Shown here one piece after another: positions 18,223 to 28,010 of a stretch of DNA of 64,000 nt. Within the stretch, counting starts at the first letter, position 1. Each line of letters starts with the position of its first letter. Under the pieces are notes generated by a model, which ran no database searches, was not told the DNA's origin, and saw nothing but the letters and a program-made list of their open reading frames with translations. Source of the stretch: an uncultured Bacillales bacterium (GTDB lineage: Bacteria > Bacillota_I > Bacilli_A > RF39 > UBA660); the NCBI GenBank assembly GCA_947564265.1, contig CANOBK010000003.1, forward strand, positions 24,331 through 88,330. Direction: 5' to 3'. Position numbers and translations under genes: made by a program.

Positions 18223-19152
18223 TTAATGATAATTTTCAAATTTAATGATTTTCGGATTTTCTTTCTCTAATAACATAGAAATTAATCTCTTTGCCCTTTT
18301 ATAATCAAAGGATTGTACCTTTTCTTTTCCTAATTGTTGATAATGATAATCAAAATCCTCGTATATCTTATTCAAAGTTCTAAAATCGATTCCTACTTGT
18401 AAGATATCTATTATATTTTGAATCACAATTTTTGGAAGGGGTTGTTTTAATAAATTCTCTTCTACGATCTGTAAAAATTCATTATCACAGACTAGATGTA
18501 AAAATACTTTTCTGTCACTACCGTCTCTTCCATATAAGAAACAATTTTGGTAGTTTTCATAATCCTCTTCTCTAATCCTATTTAATAAGGATTTTCTATC
18601 TTCTTCAGGTTTGATATATTTTTCATAATAAACTTCTTGGTCTAATGAATTTACATCCATCAAATGTTCAATTAATTGGGTGTTTAAGGAGTCTATTTGT
18701 TCCTTAGGTAATCCAAGATCATAGATCCATCCGTGTTCTTGATACCTACAGCTAATCCCATATAGATCCAACATGTTATATCTTTTCCCATAAATAGGTC
18801 CAATTGGCACTTTATTATTACACCAGTCTCTTAAATAAGGATCTTCTAAGGGTTCAAAATACATTTTTTTAAATTCTTTACTATCATATAAAAGGAATCT
18901 TATTTTTCTTAGTAAATTAAAATCTAATTTCTTTTCAAATTCCCTTTCTTTCAAACATAATTCTAAGAATTCAAAGAAAGTATTATTTAAAATAAAGTAT
19001 TTGATATCTCCATATTCGTAGTACTTTTCTATGGTGGATTCTTCACTACCTCCTAAGGATAGTTGCGGATTTCTATAAAATTTATACAATCTAAAATATT
19101 GTTCCTTATCTGTTTGCTCTATTTTTGATAGAAATTCTTTTATTTCTTGCAT
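18223..19152 (-). CDS. hypothetical protein (309 aa)
   Basis: Long ORF rich in Tyr/Phe/Glu. No recognised domain. Confidence 0.7.
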   Translation of the reverse strand: MQEIKEFLSKIEQTDKEQYFRLYKFYRNPQLSLGGSEESTIEKYYEYGDIKYFILNNTFFEFLELCLKEREFEKKLDFNLLRKIRFLLYDSKEFKKMYFEPLEDPYLRDWCNNKVPIGPIYGKRYNMLDLYGISCRYQEHGWIYDLGLPKEQIDSLNTQLIEHLMDVNSLDQEVYYEKYIKPEEDRKSLLNRIREEDYENYQNCFLYGRDGSDRKVFLHLVCDNEFLQIVEENLLKQPLPKIVIQNIIDILQVGIDFRTLNKIYEDFDYHYQQLGKEKVQSFDYKRAKRLISMLLEKENPKIIKFENYH

Positions 19153-19186
19153 TGCTATTTCACCTTTCTAGTACTGGAACCTTTTA

Positions 19187-19681
19187 TTATCTGTTCTTTA
19201 ACCTCTTCTCAAAAATAATTTTATCTTCACTAAAGGATAAAAAATCAAAGTCAGATTTTTCTACTAATGAAAGAGATTTTCTATTTGTTTTATACATCCA
19301 GGCAATTGCTGAATCATAATTCTTACTTGCCTCTTCTATCATATAATTTAAGAATTTTTTACCATATCCACTATGTTGATATTTGGGATGAACTACGAGT
19401 GCTAGTTCTGCCTTATTAACTCCTTTTTCTAAATGAATCGAATTCCTTAACCACCTTGCATCAGGAACATACTGAAATAATTCTTCCTCAATAGGCATAA
19501 TAGTTCCATAACCTATCAAACGATGATTTAAATATAAACCATAATTGTCATCTTGTATAATATCATGAATTGATTCTAATCCATAGGAAAAACATAGTTT
19601 ACAACGATCCCATTGATAAGCCTTTAAATAAGCAACATAAGTTAATAAGATATGATTATCTAATTTTTTAAAAGTTTCCAT
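19187..19681 (-). CDS. GNAT family N-acetyltransferase
   Basis: 164 aa with an acetyl-CoA binding segment ..LVVHPKYQHSGYGKKFLNYMIEEA.. Confidence 0.75.
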   Translation of the reverse strand: METFKKLDNHILLTYVAYLKAYQWDRCKLCFSYGLESIHDIIQDDNYGLYLNHRLIGYGTIMPIEEELFQYVPDARWLRNSIHLEKGVNKAELALVVHPKYQHSGYGKKFLNYMIEEASKNYDSAIAWMYKTNRKSLSLVEKSDFDFLSFSEDKIIFEKRLKNR

Positions 19682-19740
19682 TATAACCCCTCAATTTCTT
19701 TTTTGCGCTTTAGTATAACATTTTTTTCTTTATTTTTCAA

Positions 19741-19765
19741 GAAAAAAAGACAACGGATGTTGTCT
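19741..19765 (-). terminator. rho-independent terminator after AbgT gene
   Basis: Stem AGACAAC (19748-19754) / GTTGTCT (19759-19765), GGAT loop, T7 run on the - strand. Confidence 0.6.
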
Positions 19766-21356
19766 ATAAGGTTGGAAATCTATTAGGTCCTAAAGGAAGT
19801 CCCGTTAGATACCAAAGAACTGCTATTACAATCCAAGTAAAACTAATAATTAAGCAGTATGGTAACATTAGTTTTAATGCTCTTCCTATCGTAATTGGTT
19901 TCTTTTTATTTGGATTGTACATATTTAGATAGCCAATTAAGATTACAAAGTAAGCTAGTACTGGTGTAAATCCTTTGGTCATGGAATCTCCTGCTCTTAA
20001 TAAGAATTGTGCAAATTCAGGAGAAATATTTGATTGCATTAGTTTTGGTACAACAGCAGGTGCTAGAATTGACCATTTTGCAAGTGGAGTTGCTGCAAAT
20101 AAGTTGATAAGGGCAATCACTACTAAGACTAAAATTACTAATGGTAGGCCACTAAATTCTGCTTGTGAAATAAGGTTTGCTCCCCATGCTGTAATTACAG
20201 TTGATATATTAGTCTTTCTAAAAACAGCAATAAACTGAGACGCAAAGAAAATTAAGATAACTAAACTACCAATATCAGAAAGGTATTTACTAGCTTCACC
20301 AAGAAGTTCACGATCATTAGAAATCGTTTTTGCTCCTTTCCCATAAGCAATCCCTATCACAATGAAATAAAGTGACATTAAGAAGGTAAATCCGTCTTGG
20401 AAATATGAATTTTCTCCAAATACTTGTGTTAAATAAGTTGGAGCTTCCATATCTAAAAGCATTCCTGAAAATGGAAGATTAGGAAGAAGTGAATAGATGA
20501 AAAAGGCAATGAAAAAGATAGTTGCTATGAAAGCATTTTTTAATCCTTTTCTTTCTCTTAAATCTTCTTCCAATTTTTTCTGTTCTAATTCTTCTTCATC
20601 GATAATCTCTTCGATTTCTTCTGTCTTACTTTCTGGGTCTCTATATCTTCCTAATTTTGGTACTACAAATTTTTCAATGATAAAGGTTCCAACAACCGAT
20701 AAAATAATAGAAGTTGCAATGATGATAAATAGGTTAGATGTTAATGATACGTGATAATTGATATCAATTAAACGGGCAGATGCTTCTGTAATCGGTACTA
20801 AGTTTGCTTCCATAGAACCAACAAATAAGGTGACTCCATATCCAAAAGCTACTCCAGTAAAGGCTGTTATAATCCCCGCCAAAGGATTTCGATTATTTTC
20901 TTTAAATATAATAGCTGCTAGTGGAATTAAAATTACATATCCTATTTCGTTAATTAAACTAGAAATTGTCGCAATAAATAGTAAAATAAAAGTTATTTTT
21001 TGATTGTTGATTTTTACTAGTACTCGTTTGATAAAAGTATCAAAAAAGCCAGTTGCTTGAGCAACGCTTAGTCCAATTAAAGCAATTAATAAGGTACTTA
21101 GTGTTGTAAAACTAACAAAGTTTCTAGCAGATTCACCAATTAAGGCCTTCAGTCCATCATAATTAAACAAATTCTCGACTGCGACTAATGTTTTTTCTAA
21201 TTCATAAGTTGTCAAGTTCAATCGATTATAAGTGGCTTGTACTTGAAAAATACTTAAGACCCAACTTAAGATAATGGCTAAACCCGTTAATAATATAAAA
21301 GTAGTAACTGGATGAAGGTGAAACTTTTTTAATTTCAATTTCTTTTTATCTCTCAT
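19764..21356 (-). CDS. AbgT family transporter
   Basis: ~530 aa, polytopic, with a central charged loop, as in the AbgT/MtrF family. Start set to ATG 21354-21356 (MRDKKK..), preceded by GAGGAG. The ORF-track start at 21371 is a GTG inside the upstream gene. Confidence 0.8.
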   Translation of the reverse strand: MRDKKKLKLKKFHLHPVTTFILLTGLAIILSWVLSIFQVQATYNRLNLTTYELEKTLVAVENLFNYDGLKALIGESARNFVSFTTLSTLLIALIGLSVAQATGFFDTFIKRVLVKINNQKITFILLFIATISSLINEIGYVILIPLAAIIFKENNRNPLAGIITAFTGVAFGYGVTLFVGSMEANLVPITEASARLIDINYHVSLTSNLFIIIATSIILSVVGTFIIEKFVVPKLGRYRDPESKTEEIEEIIDEEELEQKKLEEDLRERKGLKNAFIATIFFIAFFIYSLLPNLPFSGMLLDMEAPTYLTQVFGENSYFQDGFTFLMSLYFIVIGIAYGKGAKTISNDRELLGEASKYLSDIGSLVILIFFASQFIAVFRKTNISTVITAWGANLISQAEFSGLPLVILVLVVIALINLFAATPLAKWSILAPAVVPKLMQSNISPEFAQFLLRAGDSMTKGFTPVLAYFVILIGYLNMYNPNKKKPITIGRALKLMLPYCLIISFTWIVIAVLWYLTGLPLGPNRFPTL

Positions 21357-21357
21357 A

Positions 21358-21555
21358 CTACTGCTCCTCACTATGGATTACTTTTTTTATTTTTTTATTA
21401 AACTCAATCCTTGGAAGCATTACTGTCCGATTACAATTCACACAACGAATTTTGATATCGGCACCTAAACGAATGATTTCCCACTCGTTTGTTCCACATG
21501 GATGTCCTTTTTTCATAATTACTCTACTACCAAGTTCATATTCTTTATTTTCCAT
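21358..21555 (-). CDS. DUF951 (YyzM-like) small protein
   Basis: 65 aa. ..GSRVIMKKGHPCGTNEWEIIRLGADIKIRCVNCNRTVMLPR.. matches the conserved origin-proximal DUF951 family. Confidence 0.8.
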   Translation of the reverse strand: MENKEYELGSRVIMKKGHPCGTNEWEIIRLGADIKIRCVNCNRTVMLPRIEFNKKIKKVIHSEEQ

Positions 21556-22354
21556 GATGCACCTCGATTTGTGGATATGGTATTTTTATTTTTGACTTTT
21601 CTAAGCAGGTTTTTATTTCTTTTCTCATGATTCTTTGTACATTGTAATGTGCGAGTGATTTTGTTGGTGCTGTCATTCGATAAACAACAGCAGAATCATC
21701 TAATTTTTCAATTCCTAAGACTTGTACTTCCCCTTTTAAGTCTGGTAAAGTTTCTGTTAATTCTTTTGCTAATTTTTGAAGAACTTTTTCTACTTGATCC
21801 ATGTTACTTTCATAAGATACACCAAAATCAACAATTGCCATAGAATTTGTCATGTTATAATTGATAATTTCATCAATGTTATGGTTGGCAATGATTTTTA
21901 CTTTTCCGTCCCAACTTTTAATTCTAGTTGTTTTTAGTCCTAAAAATATTACTTCTCCTGTAAAATCCCCAATCGTTACAACATCTCCAATCGCATATTG
22001 GTTTTCTAAAATGATTCCAATTCCTGCGATAATATCTTTTGCAAAGTCTTGAAGAGCAAGTCCTAATAAGGCTCCTAAAAGTCCAAGACCTGCTAGTACA
22101 GAACTAACATCAACTCCATAGACTGTCACAATCGCTAATAATGTAAAAATAGAAATGATATATTTGATAAAGTTATTTAGTAATACTTTAAATGTCTCAG
22201 TTTTTTTGTAGTTATAACTACCCTTTTCTAAGTTTCTTTCTTTCGCATTGATAACTGCCCTAACTATTTTTTTACATATTAAATTGATAAAGAAAGCTAC
22301 TAAAATATAGATAATTGGCAAATAAATTTGAGGAATTAATATTTTTTCTAACAT
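21545..22354 (-). CDS. mechanosensitive ion channel (MscS) family protein
   Basis: 269 aa. Three TM helices followed by ..IGDVVTIGDFTGEVIFLGLKTTRIKSWDGK.. Confidence 0.85.
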   Translation of the reverse strand: MLEKILIPQIYLPIIYILVAFFINLICKKIVRAVINAKERNLEKGSYNYKKTETFKVLLNNFIKYIISIFTLLAIVTVYGVDVSSVLAGLGLLGALLGLALQDFAKDIIAGIGIILENQYAIGDVVTIGDFTGEVIFLGLKTTRIKSWDGKVKIIANHNIDEIINYNMTNSMAIVDFGVSYESNMDQVEKVLQKLAKELTETLPDLKGEVQVLGIEKLDDSAVVYRMTAPTKSLAHYNVQRIMRKEIKTCLEKSKIKIPYPQIEVHHGK

Positions 22355-22370
22355 TTAGAAAGGCTCCTCT

Positions 22371-23264
22371 CTAATTTTTATAACCAATCATTTCTAATAA
22401 TCGGTTTAAATCATTCGTATTTACAAATGAAATTTCTACTTTATTATTTTTTATTTTTACTTTCGTTCCTAATTTGTCTGATAATTCTTCTTCAATTACT
22501 TTATATTCATTAGATGTCGTTTCACGCTTTTTGATTTTATTTTTTCTTTCATAGAGGCTATCATCTGAAATATTTTCGATTTGTCTTACGCTTAGGTTTT
22601 CTGTTTCGATTCTTTCAGCTAGTTCTTTAATTTTATCGGTATCTTTCATTTTGCTTAAGACTCTTGCATGACTCATTGAGATTTTGTCATCCATAATCAT
22701 ATCTTTTACTTCTTCTGGTAAGTTTAAAATTCCTAACATGTTAGTAATGTGGCTTCTACTTTTCCCTAATCTTTGTGCTAACTCTTCTTGTGTAATCGTA
22801 AGTTCTTCAATCAGTTTTCGATAAGCCATTGCTTCTTCTACTGCATTTAAATTTTCTCTTTGGAGGTTTTCTAATAGTGCAATTTCCATCATCTCTGAGT
22901 CACTAAAGTCACGAATAATCGCAGGAATTGTCTCTTTACCAGCAAGTTTTGATGCTTTTACACGGCGTTCACCAGCGATAATTTCATATCCTTTAATGCT
23001 TTTTTTAACAATAATTGGTTGAAATACTCCATGTTCCTTAATGGAACTAGCCAATTCTTGTAATGCCTTTTCATCAAAGTTCTTTCTAGGCTGATAAGGG
23101 TTACTTCTTAATTCTGAGATTTCTATTTCTTGAATTTCTTCTTTTGGCGTTAAATCGATGATTCTTTCTTCTAAACTTTCATAATTCATTGGTTCATTAT
23201 TAAATAATTCTTCTAATCCTCTTCCAAGGGCTTTTCTTCTATTGTTCTCTCTTTGTGCTTCCAT
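22371..23264 (-). CDS. parB: chromosome partitioning protein ParB/Spo0J
   Basis: ALGRGLEELF, CTP-binding IIAGERRVKASK, HTH ..LGKSRSHITNMLGIL..ISMSHARVL. The start is ambiguous: ATG at 23264 is used here, and the ORF-track TTG at 23273 is also possible. Confidence 0.9.
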   Translation of the reverse strand: MEAQRENNRRKALGRGLEELFNNEPMNYESLEERIIDLTPKEEIQEIEISELRSNPYQPRKNFDEKALQELASSIKEHGVFQPIIVKKSIKGYEIIAGERRVKASKLAGKETIPAIIRDFSDSEMMEIALLENLQRENLNAVEEAMAYRKLIEELTITQEELAQRLGKSRSHITNMLGILNLPEEVKDMIMDDKISMSHARVLSKMKDTDKIKELAERIETENLSVRQIENISDDSLYERKNKIKKRETTSNEYKVIEEELSDKLGTKVKIKNNKVEISFVNTNDLNRLLEMIGYKN

Positions 23265-24039
23265 TTCTTTCAATCACTTCCTTTGCTAAGTTTAAGTAAG
23301 CTATTGTACCTCGATGTTTTGGATCATATTCTATAATTGGAGTTCCATGAGATGGTGCTTCTGCGATTCTAACTAATCTTGGAATAATTGTATTGTACAC
23401 TCTCTCTTTAAAGAAACGACGAATATCTTCTACTACTTCCAAGCATAAAATAGCTCTAGAATCAAGCATTGTTAAAAGGACTCCCTCGATATCTAAGTTT
23501 GGATTTAGATTCTTTTGAGCAAGCATAATTGTATTTAGTAATTGCGTAATTCCTTCTAGAGCAAAGAATTCGCATTGTACAGGTATAATTACTGAGTTTG
23601 AAGCGGTTAAAGCATTCGTTGTAATTAATCCCAAAGATGGTGGACAATCGATTATGATAAAATCAAAAATGTCTTTAATTGGGTCAATTCCTTGTTTTAA
23701 TTGGGTATTTTTTGAGAAATTTTGTTGTGATTTACTTTTTTCCATTAATTCAATATCTACTCCTGCTAGATTAATTGTAGCTGGTAAAAGATACAAGTTT
23801 TTGAATTTAGTACGTAGAATTGATTCTTGTGCTGAACATTTTCCTGTCATGACATCATGAATGCTTTTGGTGATATCCCCTTTATTTACTCCAACACCCG
23901 TTGTTGCATTTCCTTGTGGATCTAAATCAATCAATAATACTTTTTTCCCTAAATGTGCTAAAGAGGCAGAAAGATTAATACTTGTTGTTGTTTTTCCTAC
24001 GCCACCTTTTTGATTTACTAATGAAATTATCTTTCCCAT
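23239..24039 (-). CDS. parA: chromosome partitioning ATPase ParA/Soj
   Basis: 266 aa. Deviant Walker A NQKGGVGKTTT, ..IIIDCPPSLG.. Confidence 0.95.
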   Translation of the reverse strand: MGKIISLVNQKGGVGKTTTSINLSASLAHLGKKVLLIDLDPQGNATTGVGVNKGDITKSIHDVMTGKCSAQESILRTKFKNLYLLPATINLAGVDIELMEKSKSQQNFSKNTQLKQGIDPIKDIFDFIIIDCPPSLGLITTNALTASNSVIIPVQCEFFALEGITQLLNTIMLAQKNLNPNLDIEGVLLTMLDSRAILCLEVVEDIRRFFKERVYNTIIPRLVRIAEAPSHGTPIIEYDPKHRGTIAYLNLAKEVIERNGSTKREQ

Positions 24040-24117
24040 GTTACCACCCTTTTTTTGAATAATACTTCTCTATTTTAACAGAAATCAATCAATTATGAAA
24101 TGTTTTTTCCTAATTTG

Positions 24118-24143
24118 TTAAAAAAAAGTAGAACTCTCTACTT
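24118..24143 (-). terminator. rho-independent terminator after noc
   Basis: Stem AAGTAGA (24126-24132) / TCTACTT (24137-24143), 4-nt loop, T-run on the - strand. It lies directly after the stop at 24144-24146. Confidence 0.6.
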
Positions 24144-25235
24144 TTAAATGTCTTTATCAATTTTTACGACGATTTGATAGCTCTTTTCAAAATCCATTTC
24201 TTCGATTTTTATTACAAAACCTTTATTTCTTACTGACTCTGCACTTTTACGAATTGTTGAAACTGCATCTCTCAAAGAAAATAATTCTTCATCTCCTAAT
24301 AGTTCTTCAATTGTAGGTCGCTTTTGCCCAGACGAATTTCCTACTGGACCTGTTAAATTATTAGGTTTTGTTTCTTCTACTGGTATTTTAGGCTTTAATT
24401 CTATAATACTTTGAGAGTCAATCTCTCCTCTTAAATTTTCAATTGAATTTTCTGGTTTTTCTAAATCCATGTTATGTTCAAAATGATAAGAATTAGTAGG
24501 ATCTGAACTAAAATCTGTCATTTTTGTTATCGGTTGGGATTGTGACATTTCATTCCCATTGTTTCCTATTTCTAAATTTTCTTCTCCTAAACCAATTTGA
24601 TTCTCCATTTGATTCGATGGATCTGAAATATATCTTTGAGGCGGAACACCTTTGATTCTAGCATCTAGTTCTCGAACTGTCATTCTTTTATCAATAATTT
24701 CTTGTAACATTGCAATTTGCTCTTCTGGATTTTTTAAATTTAATAAACTCCTTGCATGACGTTCAGAAATTTTGTCTTCTAATAATGCCTCTTGTACTTC
24801 ATCTGGTAATGATAAAAGACGCATTTTATTAGCAATAGACGCTTGGCTTTTTCCCATAGTTCTTCCAAGTTCTTCTTGGGTCATATCATCTAGTTCGATA
24901 ATTTTTTGATAAGTTCTTGCTTCTTCAATTGGAGTTAAATCTTTTCTTTGAAGATTTTCTAATAATGCTACTTTTGAAGTTTCTTTATCATCTAAATTCC
25001 GAATAATTGCTGGAATTTTAGTTAACCCAGCCATTGCTGATGCTTTATATCTTCTTTCTCCCGCAATGATTTCATATTTATCACCAATTTTACGAACGAT
25101 AATTGGTTGAATTACTCCATGTGCTTTAATTGAATCTGCTAATTCTCTTAAAGCCTCTTCATTAAACACTTCACGTGGTTGGAAACGGTTAGGGATAATA
25201 TCATCTAAATATAAATCTACTACTTCTCTATCCAT
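24144..25235 (-). CDS. noc: nucleoid occlusion protein Noc (ParB paralogue), atypical architecture
   Basis: 363 aa in the position between rsmG and parA. IPNRFQPR, IIAGERRYKASA. The HTH GKSQASIANKMRLL..ISERHARSL resembles B. subtilis Noc (GQSTIANKLRLL..ITERHAR) rather than Spo0J. The C-terminus ..AVSTIRKSAESVRNKGFVIKIEEMDFEKSYQIVVKI.. is also Noc-like. Confidence 0.85.
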   Translation of the reverse strand: MDREVVDLYLDDIIPNRFQPREVFNEEALRELADSIKAHGVIQPIIVRKIGDKYEIIAGERRYKASAMAGLTKIPAIIRNLDDKETSKVALLENLQRKDLTPIEEARTYQKIIELDDMTQEELGRTMGKSQASIANKMRLLSLPDEVQEALLEDKISERHARSLLNLKNPEEQIAMLQEIIDKRMTVRELDARIKGVPPQRYISDPSNQMENQIGLGEENLEIGNNGNEMSQSQPITKMTDFSSDPTNSYHFEHNMDLEKPENSIENLRGEIDSQSIIELKPKIPVEETKPNNLTGPVGNSSGQKRPTIEELLGDEELFSLRDAVSTIRKSAESVRNKGFVIKIEEMDFEKSYQIVVKIDKDI

Positions 25236-25284
25236 AGTAACCCTCTTTTCATTCTTTCAATTTTTTATTCTTTTAATTATATTC

Positions 25285-25312
25285 ATTATATCATATTTTT
25301 TTAATGAAACAA
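25285..25312 (-). promoter_or_regulatory. sigmaA-type promoter of noc
   Basis: On the - strand: TTGTTT (25307-25312), 16-nt spacer, TGa-TATAAT (25285-25293). Confidence 0.45.
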
Positions 25313-25385
25313 GAAAAAAGCCATTTTTTTTATGGAACTCTTCTCTATCTTTTGATATTTTTCTAGCTTTTTCGATATTTTATCA

Positions 25386-26072
25386 TTATTTTATCTTGTT
25401 TCTAGGATATATTTTACTGGTTATTTTTTGTTTTTGAATTTTGATTAAGCTTCGATTACTTTCTTCGATTGGAAGTATGAATTCGCAAATTGTTTCGATA
25501 TTACCACCTAAGTTTTTGATGATTGGAGTTGCCTCTTCTAATTCCTCTTTAGCATTTGCTTTCATGGCGATAAAATATCCTTTTTCTTTTACCATAGGAA
25601 TACATAGTTCAGATAATACTTTTAGGTTAGCAACTGCCCTTGCAGTAACGATTTCATATTCTTCTCTATGTTTTCTTGCATAATCTTCGGCTCTTGTATG
25701 AATTGCTTCAATATCATCTAATCTTAATTGTTTTATAATTTCATTTAGGTAGTTTACTCTTTTTAGAAGGGAATCGATTAAGATTATTTTTAGGTTTGGA
25801 AATATTATTTTTAAAACGATTCCTGGAAATCCAGCCCCACTTCCTACATCACATAAGGTTTGAACTTTTGTTAAATCTATTACTTTAGATATTGTTAGAC
25901 TATCATAAAAGTGTTTTAAATAGACTTCTTCTTTTTCTGTAATTCTCGTTAGATTCATTTTTTCGTTCCAATCAATCAGGAGATAATAAAATTCTTCTAA
26001 TTGTTGAACTTGATTTTCTGTTAAAGAAATTCCTAATTTTTTTGTTTCTTCTATAAAACGTTCTTGATTCAT
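25386..26072 (-). CDS. rsmG: 16S rRNA (guanine527-N7)-methyltransferase RsmG
   Basis: 228 aa. SAM motif ..LCDVGSGAGFPGIVLKI.., overlaps the mnmG stop. Confidence 0.93.
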   Translation of the reverse strand: MNQERFIEETKKLGISLTENQVQQLEEFYYLLIDWNEKMNLTRITEKEEVYLKHFYDSLTISKVIDLTKVQTLCDVGSGAGFPGIVLKIIFPNLKIILIDSLLKRVNYLNEIIKQLRLDDIEAIHTRAEDYARKHREEYEIVTARAVANLKVLSELCIPMVKEKGYFIAMKANAKEELEEATPIIKNLGGNIETICEFILPIEESNRSLIKIQKQKITSKIYPRNKIK

Positions 26073-27928
26073 ATTTTCTTTTCCTTTTTTAAATATACCA
26101 TTAGAATTGAGATATCAGCGGGATTTACTCCACTAATACGCGATGCTTGAGCAATAGTCGTTGGTCTAATATCTGAAAGTTTCTGTCTTGCTTCACTAGC
26201 TAGATTGTGAATGTTATCATAGTTGATTTCTTCTGGTATTTTTATTTTTTCCAAATCGAGCATTTTTTCCGCTTCTCGATTGGCTTTTTTAATGTATCCT
26301 TCGTATTTTGCCTGAATTTCTACTTGTTCTTTTATTTCTTCTGATTCTTTAATTTCGATCCAATGCTTTAGTGTTTCTACTTTAATTTCTGGTCGTTTTA
26401 ATAGATCATAAAGGGTAATTCCATCTAGTAGTTTGGTAGAATTTATTTCTTCTAAATACTGATTGTTTTCTTTTGTAGGCGTTACTTTTTTCTTTTTCAA
26501 TAATTCTGTCAAAGATTCTATTTGCCTTTTTTTCTCTTGAAATTTTTGATAACTTTCTTCTGTCACAAGACCTACTTGATATCCATATTCTTTTAATCTT
26601 AAATCCGCATTATCATGACGTAATAATAATCGATATTCTGCTCGTGAGGTAAGCATACGGTATGGCTCTTTTGTTCCTTTCGTAACTAAGTCATCAATTA
26701 ATACCCCAATATATGCTTCATTTCTTTTTAATATTAAAGGTTCTTGATTATGAATTTTACGAGAGGCATTGATTCCTGCAATTAAACCTTGACCTGCTGC
26801 TTCTTCATAACCGCTTGTTCCATTAATTTGTCCTGCTGTAAATAGATTTTCAAGAACTTTTGTTTCAAGTGACTGTTTTAATTGTAATGGATCAATTGCA
26901 TCATACTCTATCGCATAAGCATATTTCAGTATTTTCGCATTCTCTAAACCAGGTAAAGAATGAACCATTTTGTCTTGAATTTCTTCGGGCATACTTGTTG
27001 AAAAACCTTGAATGTAGATATCATCATAATAACGACTCTCTGGTTCTAAGAATAATTGATGCCTTTCTTTATCTTTAAATCTTACAACTTTGTCTTCGAT
27101 TGATGGACAATACCTAGGACCAACTCCTTCTACATAACCACCATACATACTAGATTTTTCTAGGTTATCCATAATAATTTGATGTGTTTCTTTTGTTGTA
27201 TAGATTAAATAACATGGTACTTGATCTTCTATTTTATACTGTGGCTCGTTATCAAAAGAAAAGGTATAGAGTGTTTCATCTCCAGGTTCTAAACTTGCTT
27301 TTGTATAATCAATACTATTTTTATCAATTCTCTGTGGCGTTCCTGTCTTTAGTCTTTGAATACGAAAGCCATATTCCTTTAATTTTTCACTTAAGTATTT
27401 TGAAGGTTTCTCTCCATGAGGACCACTTTCTGTTTTTTTATCCCCTCGAAGTATTACAGCTTTTAAATAGGTTCCTGTTGTTAGAATGACTGATTCTGAT
27501 TCAATCTTTTCTCCCGTTTCTAAAATAATTCCCTTTATTTTATTATTTTCAACAATTAGATCTTCGACAATGGATTCTTTGATTTCTAAATTTTCTTGAT
27601 TTTGAATTGTTTTTAACATTTCTTGTGGATAAGTAATTTTATCACCTTGTGCACGCAGGGCCCGAACTGCTGGGCCTTTTTTTGTATTCAACATTTTTAC
27701 TTGTAAGCAACTGTGATCAATGTTGTTTGCCATTTCTCCACCTAAGGCATCTATTTCTCTTACAATAATTCCTTTAGCTGGTCCTCCAATCGATGGATTA
27801 CATGGCATATCCGCAATATTTTTTATATTTCCCGTTACTAATAAGGTTTTATTTCCAAGTCGAGCAGAAGCTAAGCATGCTTCACATCCTGCATGCCCTC
27901 CACCTACTACGATAATGTCATACTTCAT
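26069..27928 (-). CDS. mnmG: tRNA uridine 5-carboxymethylaminomethyl modification enzyme MnmG
   Basis: 619 aa. FAD motif YDIIVVGGGHAGCEA, ..GQINGTSGYEEAAGQGL.. Confidence 0.97.
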   Translation of the reverse strand: MKYDIIVVGGGHAGCEACLASARLGNKTLLVTGNIKNIADMPCNPSIGGPAKGIIVREIDALGGEMANNIDHSCLQVKMLNTKKGPAVRALRAQGDKITYPQEMLKTIQNQENLEIKESIVEDLIVENNKIKGIILETGEKIESESVILTTGTYLKAVILRGDKKTESGPHGEKPSKYLSEKLKEYGFRIQRLKTGTPQRIDKNSIDYTKASLEPGDETLYTFSFDNEPQYKIEDQVPCYLIYTTKETHQIIMDNLEKSSMYGGYVEGVGPRYCPSIEDKVVRFKDKERHQLFLEPESRYYDDIYIQGFSTSMPEEIQDKMVHSLPGLENAKILKYAYAIEYDAIDPLQLKQSLETKVLENLFTAGQINGTSGYEEAAGQGLIAGINASRKIHNQEPLILKRNEAYIGVLIDDLVTKGTKEPYRMLTSRAEYRLLLRHDNADLRLKEYGYQVGLVTEESYQKFQEKKRQIESLTELLKKKKVTPTKENNQYLEEINSTKLLDGITLYDLLKRPEIKVETLKHWIEIKESEEIKEQVEIQAKYEGYIKKANREAEKMLDLEKIKIPEEINYDNIHNLASEARQKLSDIRPTTIAQASRISGVNPADISILMVYLKKEKKI

Positions 27929-28010
27929 ATTGAATCCACTTCCTCTTTTTTCTTTTCATATTATACAATAGTTTCTATTTTTTTTAAATTTTTTTAAAAA
28001 ATATTTAAAA

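Noticed and set aside
22517-22532. CGTTTCACGC inside parB, considered as the intragenic parS known from B. subtilis spo0J.
   Set aside because: Only the left half-site matches (GTTTCAC). The right half (GCTTTTTG) does not resemble GTGAAACA. By eye I found no full parS inside parB.
25167-25182. CACGTG core inside noc, and a GGTGAAACC at ~37781 in gyrB, considered as parS-like sites.
   Set aside because: Their flanks do not match the parS arms (at most 2-3 of 5 positions per arm). These are chance hexamers or half-sites.
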